This document shows positions 44,277 through 52,510 of a stretch of 64,000 nucleotides of DNA, in pieces (the first letter of the stretch is position 1; each line of letters opens with the position of its first letter). A model generated the notes under the pieces. It ran no database searches and had not been told where the DNA came from. It saw nothing but the letters and a program-made list of their open reading frames with translations. This DNA comes from Ilumatobacteraceae bacterium (GTDB taxonomy: Bacteria > Actinomycetota > Acidimicrobiia > Acidimicrobiales > Ilumatobacteraceae), in contig JBJSXI010000044.1 in the NCBI GenBank assembly GCA_046086305.1, forward strand, positions 9,916 through 73,915. Direction: 5' to 3'. The translations under genes and the position numbers were made by a program.

Positions 44277-45641
44277 GTGCATCAATCGTCGTTCGACCTT
44301 GTTCGTCGCTGCGTTGTGCGTCATGTCGTCGCAGATGGGGTGCTGTGCAGACGACGACCGTTGCGAGTACTCGACGTCGGTGGCGCCGATGTAAATGGTT
44401 CATATCGCTCGATCTTCGCCTCGGTCGAACACCAGTACACCTCGCTCGACGTCGAGCGAGCAACAGGAGTCGACATTGTCGTCGGCCCTGACGGACGGTT
44501 CCCTCTGGGCGACGGATCATTCGATGTCGTGATCTGCGGTCAGACATTTGAGCATGTTCCACGATTCTGGGATCTCTTCGGGGAAATCATGCGAGTTGTC
44601 GCCCGCGACGGTGTGGTCATAGTGGCTGCACCATCCGCAGGGGCGGTCCACCGGTACCCCGTCGACTGCTATCGGTTCCATCCTGACGGGTTTGTCGAAC
44701 TAGCGAAGTCTGCCTCCGTTCACGTTGGAGAGATTCTGACCAGCTCGTACGGGCCCTGGTTCGACACAGTTGCGGTGATTCGCCACAGCGCAACGTCACC
44801 CTCCTCTATCGATCAGGTTGTGGCTGCCGCGCGCCAACTCATGGCGCCGCTCGCCAACGACTTTCCGGTCAATTCTCCCCACGAGGCCGAGCGCGGCTCG
44901 GGCTCAGCGTCCTGTGAGTCCCTCCTTGCGACTGCCCATCGACATCTCGAGCCGCGCTTCTATCTCGAGATTGGCGTCGAGTACGGCGTAAGCCTTCGGC
45001 TCTCACAGTGTGCCGCCATTGGTGTTGATCCATGTCCCGTACTGAACGAGCCGCTCGCCGAGGAGCACAACGTGATCGAGTTGACGAGCGACGACTTCTT
45101 CGACCTGATGGCCGATCGCCTCGGCCCACTCGATCTGGTGTATGTGGATGGTATGCACCGAATCGAGAATGCTCTCAAGGACTTCATGAACGTCGAGCGG
45201 AGCGCTCACAAGCTTTCGGTCGTGGTCATCGATGACGTGTTTCCGGTTCATCCACTGCAAGCCGAGCGTGAGCGACAATCCCGCCACTGGACCGGCGATG
45301 TTTGGAAGATGCTCCCGATACTGCGCCGACATCGCCCTGACCTGATCTTGATTCCCGTTGACACATATCCAACCGGGAGCCTCGTTGTTGTCGGGCTCTC
45401 GCCGACGAGCGACCGACTGTGGTGTCTCTTCGACACAATCGTTGATCTTGCGATCTCCTCGATGACTGATGTTCCCACGGAGATCATCGAACGACACTAC
45501 GCTGTCGCCCCAGATGACCCGCTCATCGGTCGGGTGTTCGACCTCGTGAGGCTCGGTCGAGATTCGTCTGACGACGAGAAGTACATCGCCCGAATCGCAC
45601 AGCTGGTGAACGGCGCGTTCCCGAGGACGATTGCACCATGA
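44277..45641 (+). CDS. two-domain SAM-dependent methyltransferase (Methyltransf_11-like N-half, Methyltransf_24/CmcI-like C-half)
   Basis: N-half has VLDVGGADVNG...FDVVICGQTFEHV...DGVVIVAAP. C-half has FYLEIGVEYGVSL...DLVYVDGMH...VVVIDDV. Sampled lines here (about 47-57% GC) are below the sampled flanks (about 60-70%). Confidence 0.65.
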   Translation: MHQSSFDLVRRCVVRHVVADGVLCRRRPLRVLDVGGADVNGSYRSIFASVEHQYTSLDVERATGVDIVVGPDGRFPLGDGSFDVVICGQTFEHVPRFWDLFGEIMRVVARDGVVIVAAPSAGAVHRYPVDCYRFHPDGFVELAKSASVHVGEILTSSYGPWFDTVAVIRHSATSPSSIDQVVAAARQLMAPLANDFPVNSPHEAERGSGSASCESLLATAHRHLEPRFYLEIGVEYGVSLRLSQCAAIGVDPCPVLNEPLAEEHNVIELTSDDFFDLMADRLGPLDLVYVDGMHRIENALKDFMNVERSAHKLSVVVIDDVFPVHPLQAERERQSRHWTGDVWKMLPILRRHRPDLILIPVDTYPTGSLVVVGLSPTSDRLWCLFDTIVDLAISSMTDVPTEIIERHYAVAPDDPLIGRVFDLVRLGRDSSDDEKYIARIAQLVNGAFPRTIAP

Positions 45642-47287
45642 CGAAGCCATTCGCCTCGATTGTTGTCGTTTGCTACAACATGAGCCGCGAGCTACCTCGG
45701 ACGCTCTACTCCCTATCGCCAATGTTCCAGCGAGATCTGTTGGCTGACGACTATGAGGTCATCGTCGTCGATAACGGCTCACGGACTCCACCGAGTTGGG
45801 ATGATTTTTCCCATCTCGGTCTCGACCTGACGATCCTGACGACATCGGAAGCCAGTCCGAGTCCGGTACCGGCAGTCAATCGAGGTCTCAATGCGGCAGT
45901 CGGTTCGGTCATCGGAGTGTTCATCGACGGCGCCCGACTGGCGTCGCCGGGCCTCCTCCGCAGGGCGATCGACGCCATCGCGCATCAGCCGCGTGCCGTT
46001 GTCGGCACGCGAGGCCGCTATCTCGGATCAAAGTTCCAGCGAGACGCCATCGCCGAGGGCTACTGCCAAGAGACGGAGGACCAACTTCTGGCGTCGAGCG
46101 GCTGGGAGTCCGATGGATATCGGCTCTTCGACATCTCGGTGTTCGACGAATCGGCGGGCGGATACTGGACTGGTCCTATTGTTGAGTCGAACAGCCTCTT
46201 CATGTCGAGAGCGATGTGGTCTGAACTCGAAGGATTCGACCCGAGATTCGTGTCTCCAGGTGGCGGCCTCGTAAATCTTGACACCTGGCGTAGGGCCTGC
46301 GAACTTCCCGACGCGGTGCCGACTGTGCTGCTCGGCGAGGCCACGTTCCATCAGGTCCACGGCGGGATCGCAACAAACGGGCGGCTACAGATCATCGAGA
46401 CCTTCTACGACGAGTATTGGATGATTCGCGGGCATGACTTTGAGCCCCCGCAGTGTGCTCTCGACTTCTGGGGTTCATTCTCGTTCCTTCCACCCGAGAA
46501 AGAGCTGCTTCCGCCGGCACGAGATCAGGTCGACGACACGGTCTATGCGGCGCGCCTCCGACTCTCGACCCGCTTCTCACGCCTCGTTCCGCGTCGTGCT
46601 CGGGGAGCCATCAGGCGTATTGCCGACGTCACATTGCCGCTTCTTCGACTTGGCCCGAGCCAGGGCATCCGCAAGATCAGGCGGACCCGTAGCGATGTGC
46701 GACTCATCGAGGGCTCCGACCTGTTCGACGCAGAGTGGTATCTGGATCAGTATCCAGACGTCGCCGCTGCCGGATATCGTCCTGCGGAGCACTACGCGCT
46801 CCACGGATTCGTCCAACGGCGAGAGCCGTCGTCGCTGTTCGATGCCAACTGGTACATCGATCATTATCCGGACCTCCGCATCACAGGCGCGAATCCTCTC
46901 GTGCACTTCCTGCGCTACGGACGAACAGAGGGGCGGCGGGCCCGCAGCCACGCAGGTGACCGTCTCGTTCCTAATCGAGAGGAGTGGACCAAGTACGTCG
47001 GGCTGATCGAGTCGTCCGAACTCTTCGACGAGGGTTGGTATCGCTCGACGTACTGGGAGGTCCAATCGAGTAGCGATCCCGCCGTCCTTCATTATCTGCG
47101 CTTTGGTTTCGATCGCCGCCACAGTCCCGGCCCGCGCTTTGATGCAAACTGGTATCGGGCGGAGAATCCCGATGTCGAAGAGAACGGTATGGACCCCCTT
47201 GTGCACTTTCTACTCTTCGGAAGAGAAGAGGGACGCCAGATACGGGCGGTCAGGGAGCACGATAGGCAGGTGTCAATGATCGAGTGA
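45638..47287 (+). CDS. family-2 glycosyltransferase with four C-terminal ~35-aa FDxxWY...PDV...H(F/Y)...G..EGR repeats
   Basis: ATGA overlap with the upstream stop. ASIVVVCYNMSRELPRTLYSL...YEVIVVDNGS is the GT2 fold start. See the repeat feature at 46724..47239. Confidence 0.75.
   Translation: MTKPFASIVVVCYNMSRELPRTLYSLSPMFQRDLLADDYEVIVVDNGSRTPPSWDDFSHLGLDLTILTTSEASPSPVPAVNRGLNAAVGSVIGVFIDGARLASPGLLRRAIDAIAHQPRAVVGTRGRYLGSKFQRDAIAEGYCQETEDQLLASSGWESDGYRLFDISVFDESAGGYWTGPIVESNSLFMSRAMWSELEGFDPRFVSPGGGLVNLDTWRRACELPDAVPTVLLGEATFHQVHGGIATNGRLQIIETFYDEYWMIRGHDFEPPQCALDFWGSFSFLPPEKELLPPARDQVDDTVYAARLRLSTRFSRLVPRRARGAIRRIADVTLPLLRLGPSQGIRKIRRTRSDVRLIEGSDLFDAEWYLDQYPDVAAAGYRPAEHYALHGFVQRREPSSLFDANWYIDHYPDLRITGANPLVHFLRYGRTEGRRARSHAGDRLVPNREEWTKYVGLIESSELFDEGWYRSTYWEVQSSSDPAVLHYLRFGFDRRHSPGPRFDANWYRAENPDVEENGMDPLVHFLLFGREEGRQIRAVREHDRQVSMIE
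46724..47239 (+). repeat. four protein-level repeats inside the GT2 gene
   Basis: R1 FDAEWYLDQYPDVAAAGYRPAEHYALHGFVQRREP; R2 FDANWYIDHYPDLRITGANPLVHFLRYGRTEGRRA; R3 FDEGWYRSTYWEVQSSSDPAVLHYLRFGFDRRHSP; R4 FDANWYRAENPDVEENGMDPLVHFLLFGREEGRQI. Confidence 0.9.
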
Positions 47288-47488
47288 CTTTGGCGATTTC
47301 ACCCGTCCTGCGCGTGAATTGACTACATGTCGTCGAGAGATCTACACCAAAGTCTCAACTCTCGTAAGAGGCCGGTCAGTTCAATTTCCGAGGCATGGCC
47401 GTAGCGAGTTACAGAACGTCTCAACTACTCTTTCCAAGAATCACTCGATGAACCTCGAGTCGTGTTGCGCCTTCGGGGGGCCGGAGTC

Positions 47489-49735
47489 ATGCCTGTCAGA
47501 ATCGTCAGCGAGACCGAGAGCGAGTTCTTCGACCTTGGCCCCGGGCCTGCGATCGTCGCCATTCCGGTGTATGACGCTGCAGATATGTTCCGGAAGTGCA
47601 TCGAGTCCGTCCTGCGGCATACACCAGCCGAAGCGCAGATCTTGATCATTGACGACTGTGGGAGGGACCAGTCGGCGTTGGCTGAGTTGAACGCAGCATC
47701 GGCTTCTATCGAACATGACGTAGTGCTCTTTCAGCGGCGCGGAAACCGAGGATTTGTCGCCGCCTGCAACCTTGCGTTTTCGATAGGGGCGCGCCGTGAC
47801 GTGGTGTTGCTGAACAGTGACTGCATCGTCGGGGCTGAGTGGTACGAGCGGATGTGCGCAGCTGCTGCGACCTCGCCACTCGTGGCGACTGTTACCGCAC
47901 TGACAAATCACGGCACAATCGTCTCGGTTCCCTATCGCAACCGACCGACTCACCAGCTGCCCGGCGGAGTTACCGTGGATGATGCAGCAGCGAGGGTCTC
48001 ATCCCGATCGCTAGCGCTCCGACCGGATCTCCCCACCGCAGTAGGACACTGCATGCTTGTCCTGCGCCATGCTCTCGACCTCGTCGGGGGGTTCGACACG
48101 ACGTTCAGTCCTGGCTACGGCGAGGAGGTCGACTTCAGCCAGAGGTGCCTGAAGTTCGGGCTTCGCAACATCTGCGCAGATGATGTCTTCGTGTTCCACC
48201 ATGGAGGTGGTTCGTTCGCCGGTGGAGCGAGCCAGATGAAGGAGGACCACGAGTGCGTCATTGCCAGCCGGTACCCCTACTACCACCGGCTTGTGGACGT
48301 GGTCAGCAACGATCGCCGCAGTCCACTAGCTTCGGCGATCAACATCGCCAGTGCTGCGATAGTCGGGCTCAGGGTTGGTATCGACGCACGCAAGCTCGGG
48401 CCACACTCCGTCGGAACAGATGCCATGATCCTTGGCTCGATCTGGGCCCTGGCGAGGGCATACGACCCGGATCCTGTCGTTGTGTTCTTTCGTCCAAGTG
48501 CCGAGATTGACATGCTGCGTCTCGCTTCGGATCTTAAAAATCTCGTGCTGATCGACGTTGATCGGATTGGGCCACTGAGTGACCCGCTGGTTGACATCGT
48601 TTACCGACCGTGCCAAGTCGACGGCTGGGAGGATCTTGTCTGGCTGAAGTCGATCGGGCGGACTGTCGTTGTGAACCAACTCGACGGGATCGCATTTGCC
48701 AATCCGACCTACTTCGAAGATGTCGAGGAGTGGCTCGGCTACCGCGACCTCACTCGCCTCGTCCTGTCGTGCATCGACGCAGTCGTCACCATCAGCGACG
48801 AGAGCGCAGCACAGTTACATGCGTTCGGGGTGGTTGGACAGGCGATCCCACTCGCTGCCATTCCGCCGGGGCTGGGGACACCGTGGGTCGCGGATGGCGA
48901 CTGCTCGATCCGGCCAAAGCGGATGGGCGCCGAGGCCCGTCCATTTCTTCTCTACATTGGTACGTCGTACCACCACAAGAACAGACTGTTCTGTGTCCGT
49001 CTGTTCGACGAGCTCCTACGGTCCGGTTGGGAAGGGGATCTTGTCTTTGCAGGTCCCACGCCTCCGCACGGATCATCGCACGGGGACGAAGCCTCCTACC
49101 TTCTGACGAGACGCGACGTCCGCAAGCGGATCGTCGACCTCGGCGTGGTCACAGCGCCGGAACGTACGTGGCTTCTCGAGCACGCTGCGCTCTGCCTCTA
49201 TCCAAGTGTCGTCGAAGGATTCGGCATTGTTCCGCTCGAAGCAGCTGCCTACGGGACTCCGGTTCTCTCAAGTCGCGTGCCAAGTCTGACGGCGATAGGC
49301 GACGACGACTACGCAGTCAACTCCTTCGACCTCGCGTCGGCTGTCGATCGTGCACGTGTACTTCTTGCGAGGGGCCCGGAAAGGCAACAAGCAATCGAGG
49401 CCATCATCTCGGCTAGTTCGAAGTGGGATTGGGATGCTTCTGGATCGGATCTGAGGCGCTTCATCGAGGGTGTGTTCCATTCGCCGCTCCACCGCTATGT
49501 AGGTACTACTGGAGAGGTAACACGCGCCCTCGGTCTCGAGCCGTTGGCGGTGCCGCACCACACGGCAATTCGTGGGTCACGCTTCGAAAGGCTCGTCGAC
49601 GTGCTCCGGAGACAGACCTCAGTCAAACGGATCATCAGCCCGGACTACTCTCGACGCCAACGTGTCACCCGTCGGTTCATTCATGCCATCCGCGTCCGCC
49701 AATCCCGGAGCCTGCAGAAATCTCCCCCCACCTAA
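47489..49735 (+). CDS. bifunctional glycosyltransferase (GT2 N-domain + GT4/GT1-fold C-domain)
   Basis: N-domain has VAIPVYDAADMFRKCIESVL...ILIIDDCG...VVLLNSDC...GEEVDFSQR. C-domain has FLLYIGTSYHHKN...LYPSVVEGFGIVPLEAAAYGTPVLSS (the E-x7-E region). Confidence 0.8.
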   Translation: MPVRIVSETESEFFDLGPGPAIVAIPVYDAADMFRKCIESVLRHTPAEAQILIIDDCGRDQSALAELNAASASIEHDVVLFQRRGNRGFVAACNLAFSIGARRDVVLLNSDCIVGAEWYERMCAAAATSPLVATVTALTNHGTIVSVPYRNRPTHQLPGGVTVDDAAARVSSRSLALRPDLPTAVGHCMLVLRHALDLVGGFDTTFSPGYGEEVDFSQRCLKFGLRNICADDVFVFHHGGGSFAGGASQMKEDHECVIASRYPYYHRLVDVVSNDRRSPLASAINIASAAIVGLRVGIDARKLGPHSVGTDAMILGSIWALARAYDPDPVVVFFRPSAEIDMLRLASDLKNLVLIDVDRIGPLSDPLVDIVYRPCQVDGWEDLVWLKSIGRTVVVNQLDGIAFANPTYFEDVEEWLGYRDLTRLVLSCIDAVVTISDESAAQLHAFGVVGQAIPLAAIPPGLGTPWVADGDCSIRPKRMGAEARPFLLYIGTSYHHKNRLFCVRLFDELLRSGWEGDLVFAGPTPPHGSSHGDEASYLLTRRDVRKRIVDLGVVTAPERTWLLEHAALCLYPSVVEGFGIVPLEAAAYGTPVLSSRVPSLTAIGDDDYAVNSFDLASAVDRARVLLARGPERQQAIEAIISASSKWDWDASGSDLRRFIEGVFHSPLHRYVGTTGEVTRALGLEPLAVPHHTAIRGSRFERLVDVLRRQTSVKRIISPDYSRRQRVTRRFIHAIRVRQSRSLQKSPPT

Positions 49736-49792
49736 TCTGCCCTCGCTTGGGTCGGTACCATCGCAGACGTCCATTCGCCAAGGGGAGGCACC

Positions 49793-50998
49793 GTGACACT
49801 GACCGAATCTGCATTCACCAGCGACGAGCGTCAGGTGCTCGAGATCGTCGACCGCCTCCTCGGCGAACATCCGCCGACGAAGGTCGACGCAGCGACGTTC
49901 CTCGGGGCCCAATTCGATCTCGGTCTGGCGTGGGTCCACTTCCCCGAGGGGCACGGTGGACTCGGCCTCAATCCGCGCCTGCAGAGGACGATCAACGAAC
50001 GGATCTTCGCCGCGGGAGGACCGAACCCCGTCTATCGCAACCCCATCGGCCACGGCATGTGCGGCCCGACAGTGGTCATGTGGGGGAGCGACGAGCAGAA
50101 GCGCCGATACCTGCGACCGCTGTTCACGGGTGAGGAAATCTGGTGCCAGTTGTTCAGCGAACCTGGGTCGGGGAGCGACTTCGCCGGACTCTCGTCGCGT
50201 GGCGTGAAGGACGGCGACGAGTGGGTGATCAACGGACAGAAGGTCTGGACCACCCTTGCCCACCTGTCGCGCTGGGGTCTGCTCGTCGTTCGCACCGATA
50301 CCGAGGCCGTGAAGCATGCGGGGCTCACAGCGTTCGTCGTCGACATGCATGCACCGACCGTCGACGTGCGCCCGCTGCGCCAGATGACCGGTGAGGCCGA
50401 GTTCAACGAGGTGTACTTCACCGACACACGCATCCCCGATGCCGAGATGCTCGGCAACCCTGGCGATGGGTGGCGGGTCAGCCTCACGACGCTGATGAAC
50501 GAGCGAGTGTCGATCGGTGGCGCGATTCCCCAGAAGGGTTCCGGCACGATCGCCCAGTTGATGAAGGTGTGGTCCGAAGCCCCGGCGTGGCGACGCGATG
50601 CTGCAACTCGCGACGAGGTGATGCAGTTGTGGATCCGCGCTGAGACGCTCCGTCTCACGAACATCCGTGCAAATCAGATGCGTCGCATGGGTGACCCGGG
50701 GCCCGAGGGCAGCATCGGCAAGATGGCCTCGGCGAACCTGAACAAGGACATCTACGAGATGCTCATGCACGTGCTCGGTGCCGAGGGCCTGCTCTACGGC
50801 AGCTACGAGATGGTCCGGCCCGAACACGCCATGGAGTTCTCCAGCCCGCAGAAGGCCTTCCTGCGCAGCCGTGCCAACTCGATCGAGGGAGGCACGACCG
50901 AAGTGATGTTGAACATCCTCGGCGAGCGGGTACTCGGACTTCCCGGTGATGCGAGGGTCGATCGCGATGTGCCCTGGAGCAAGGTGCCGCGGAACTGA
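49793..50998 (+). CDS. acyl-CoA dehydrogenase
   Basis: WCQLFSEPGSGSD, INGQKVWTT and a C-terminal SIEGGTTEVMLNILGERVLGLP. Confidence 0.88.
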   Translation: MTLTESAFTSDERQVLEIVDRLLGEHPPTKVDAATFLGAQFDLGLAWVHFPEGHGGLGLNPRLQRTINERIFAAGGPNPVYRNPIGHGMCGPTVVMWGSDEQKRRYLRPLFTGEEIWCQLFSEPGSGSDFAGLSSRGVKDGDEWVINGQKVWTTLAHLSRWGLLVVRTDTEAVKHAGLTAFVVDMHAPTVDVRPLRQMTGEAEFNEVYFTDTRIPDAEMLGNPGDGWRVSLTTLMNERVSIGGAIPQKGSGTIAQLMKVWSEAPAWRRDAATRDEVMQLWIRAETLRLTNIRANQMRRMGDPGPEGSIGKMASANLNKDIYEMLMHVLGAEGLLYGSYEMVRPEHAMEFSSPQKAFLRSRANSIEGGTTEVMLNILGERVLGLPGDARVDRDVPWSKVPRN

Positions 50999-51008
50999 CC
51001 CGCAGACG

Positions 51009-51419
51009 TCAGCCTGAGACCCGGATCAACACGCCGACGAACACCGCAGCGAGCGACGCGAGCGCGCCGACGGCGCCACCGACGGCGAGCGCCACACGTG
51101 AGCCACCGAACGAGTGAACGGCGGCTGCACCGCCGGCGAGCATGCCGAGGGCGACGTGCACCAGGACCGTGGCCTGCACCGCGGATGACACCTCGGTGAT
51201 GTCGATCTCCATCAGGTTCCACATGCCGGTGGCCACGAGGAGCACGAACGATGGCCATGCAAGTCGCCCATAGGCGCGCGCCACACCGGCGAGTGCGTCG
51301 GGCGCACTCCGACGGAGGGTCGGCACGACACCAGCGAGCGTGAATTGTCCACCGACCCAGATCGCACCCGCGACGATGTGCAGAAAGAGGCGCAGTGTGT
51401 CGAGCGACGGCGAGAGCAT
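51009..51419 (-). CDS. 4-TM membrane protein (CopD-like/DUF-type)
   Basis: 136 aa with four hydrophobic helices. HIVAGAIWVGGQF resembles the first helix of CopD-family proteins. Starts 9 nt downstream of the ispH stop. Confidence 0.55.
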   Translation of the reverse strand: MLSPSLDTLRLFLHIVAGAIWVGGQFTLAGVVPTLRRSAPDALAGVARAYGRLAWPSFVLLVATGMWNLMEIDITEVSSAVQATVLVHVALGMLAGGAAAVHSFGGSRVALAVGGAVGALASLAAVFVGVLIRVSG

Positions 51420-51428
51420 GGCCGGAGG

Positions 51429-52460
51429 TTATGCAGTACGCAGCGATGACAGGACATCACTCGCGGCGAGCGCACGATCATCGAACACGTCACCCGGAGC
51501 GCCGCCGAGCAGCACCGTCGCCGCCGCACCGATGGCCGACTGCAGATCGCGTAGCTGACGCGGGGGAGGGAAGTACTCGTCCTCCTCGGTGACCCTGACG
51601 ACCTCGACCCCGGTGCGCGGCGCGAGACGACCGATGATCTCGTCGACCAGTTCTTCGGGCGCCGATGCCCCTGCCGTGACACCAACCGTTCCGGCGAGGT
51701 CGTCCGGCAATTCGTCGACCGTGTTCACCCGCAGAACGCGAGGGCATCCGGCCGCTCCGGCAAGCTTCACGAGCGCCATCGTGTTCGACGAGTTCGACGA
51801 TCCGATGACGACGATGGCATCACAGCGCGGTGCCATCGCCGTCAGGGCCGACTGCCGATTGGTGGTCGCGAAGCAGAGGTCCGATCTTCCGGGTGACCAC
51901 ACATCGGGGTAGCGACGACGTACGGCGACTGCCACGTCGTCCCAGTCGCGATGCGACAGCGTCGTCTGAGCGAGCAGTGCGACCGGCTCACCGAACTCGG
52001 GCAGCGCCTCGACCTCGGCGACGCTCTCGACCCGACTGATCGAGTGCGGTGCAACGGCCATCGTGCCCACCGCCTCCTCGTGGCCCTCGTGGCCGACGTA
52101 GACGATCCGGTATCCCTTTCCCGCCCTCACCTTCACCTCATGGTGCACCTTGGTGACGAGCGGGCAGACCGAGTCGACGACATAACTGCCCCGTTGGCGA
52201 GCCGCTGCGACGACCTCCGGGGCGGACCCGTGGGCCGACAGCATGATGGGCCGGCCCGGCGGCACGTCGTCGATCTCGTCGACGAACACCACGCCGAGTG
52301 CCTCGAAGCGCTGCACGACGACCTTGTTGTGCACGATCTCGTGGTAGCAGTAGACGGGCGGATCGAAGGATCGCACCATCCAGGCGAGGGCCTTGATGGC
52401 CATCTCGACTCCCGCACAGAACCCTCGCGGTTCGGCGAGCAGCACCCGATCGACGCCCAC
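51429..52460 (-). CDS. ispH: 4-hydroxy-3-methylbut-2-enyl diphosphate reductase
   Basis: VLLAEPRGFCAGVEMAI, the SAHG motif (MLSAHGSAPEV), VVDSVCPLVTKVH and NSSN. Confidence 0.92.
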   Translation of the reverse strand: MGVDRVLLAEPRGFCAGVEMAIKALAWMVRSFDPPVYCYHEIVHNKVVVQRFEALGVVFVDEIDDVPPGRPIMLSAHGSAPEVVAAARQRGSYVVDSVCPLVTKVHHEVKVRAGKGYRIVYVGHEGHEEAVGTMAVAPHSISRVESVAEVEALPEFGEPVALLAQTTLSHRDWDDVAVAVRRRYPDVWSPGRSDLCFATTNRQSALTAMAPRCDAIVVIGSSNSSNTMALVKLAGAAGCPRVLRVNTVDELPDDLAGTVGVTAGASAPEELVDEIIGRLAPRTGVEVVRVTEEDEYFPPPRQLRDLQSAIGAAATVLLGGAPGDVFDDRALAASDVLSSLRTA

Positions 52461-52466
52461 AAGCCG

Positions 52467-52503
52467 AGGCTACCGGGCCTCACCACGGGTACCCCGGTAG
52501 CCT
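52467..52503. promoter_or_regulatory. 11-bp perfect inverted repeat, centred in the 50-bp ispH/DUF512 divergent spacer
   Basis: AGGCTACCGGG-N15-CCCGGTAGCCT. The N15 loop also contains part of the palindrome GGGTACCC. The arms end 7 nt from each start codon. Confidence 0.45.
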
Positions 52504-52510
52504 TCCACCG

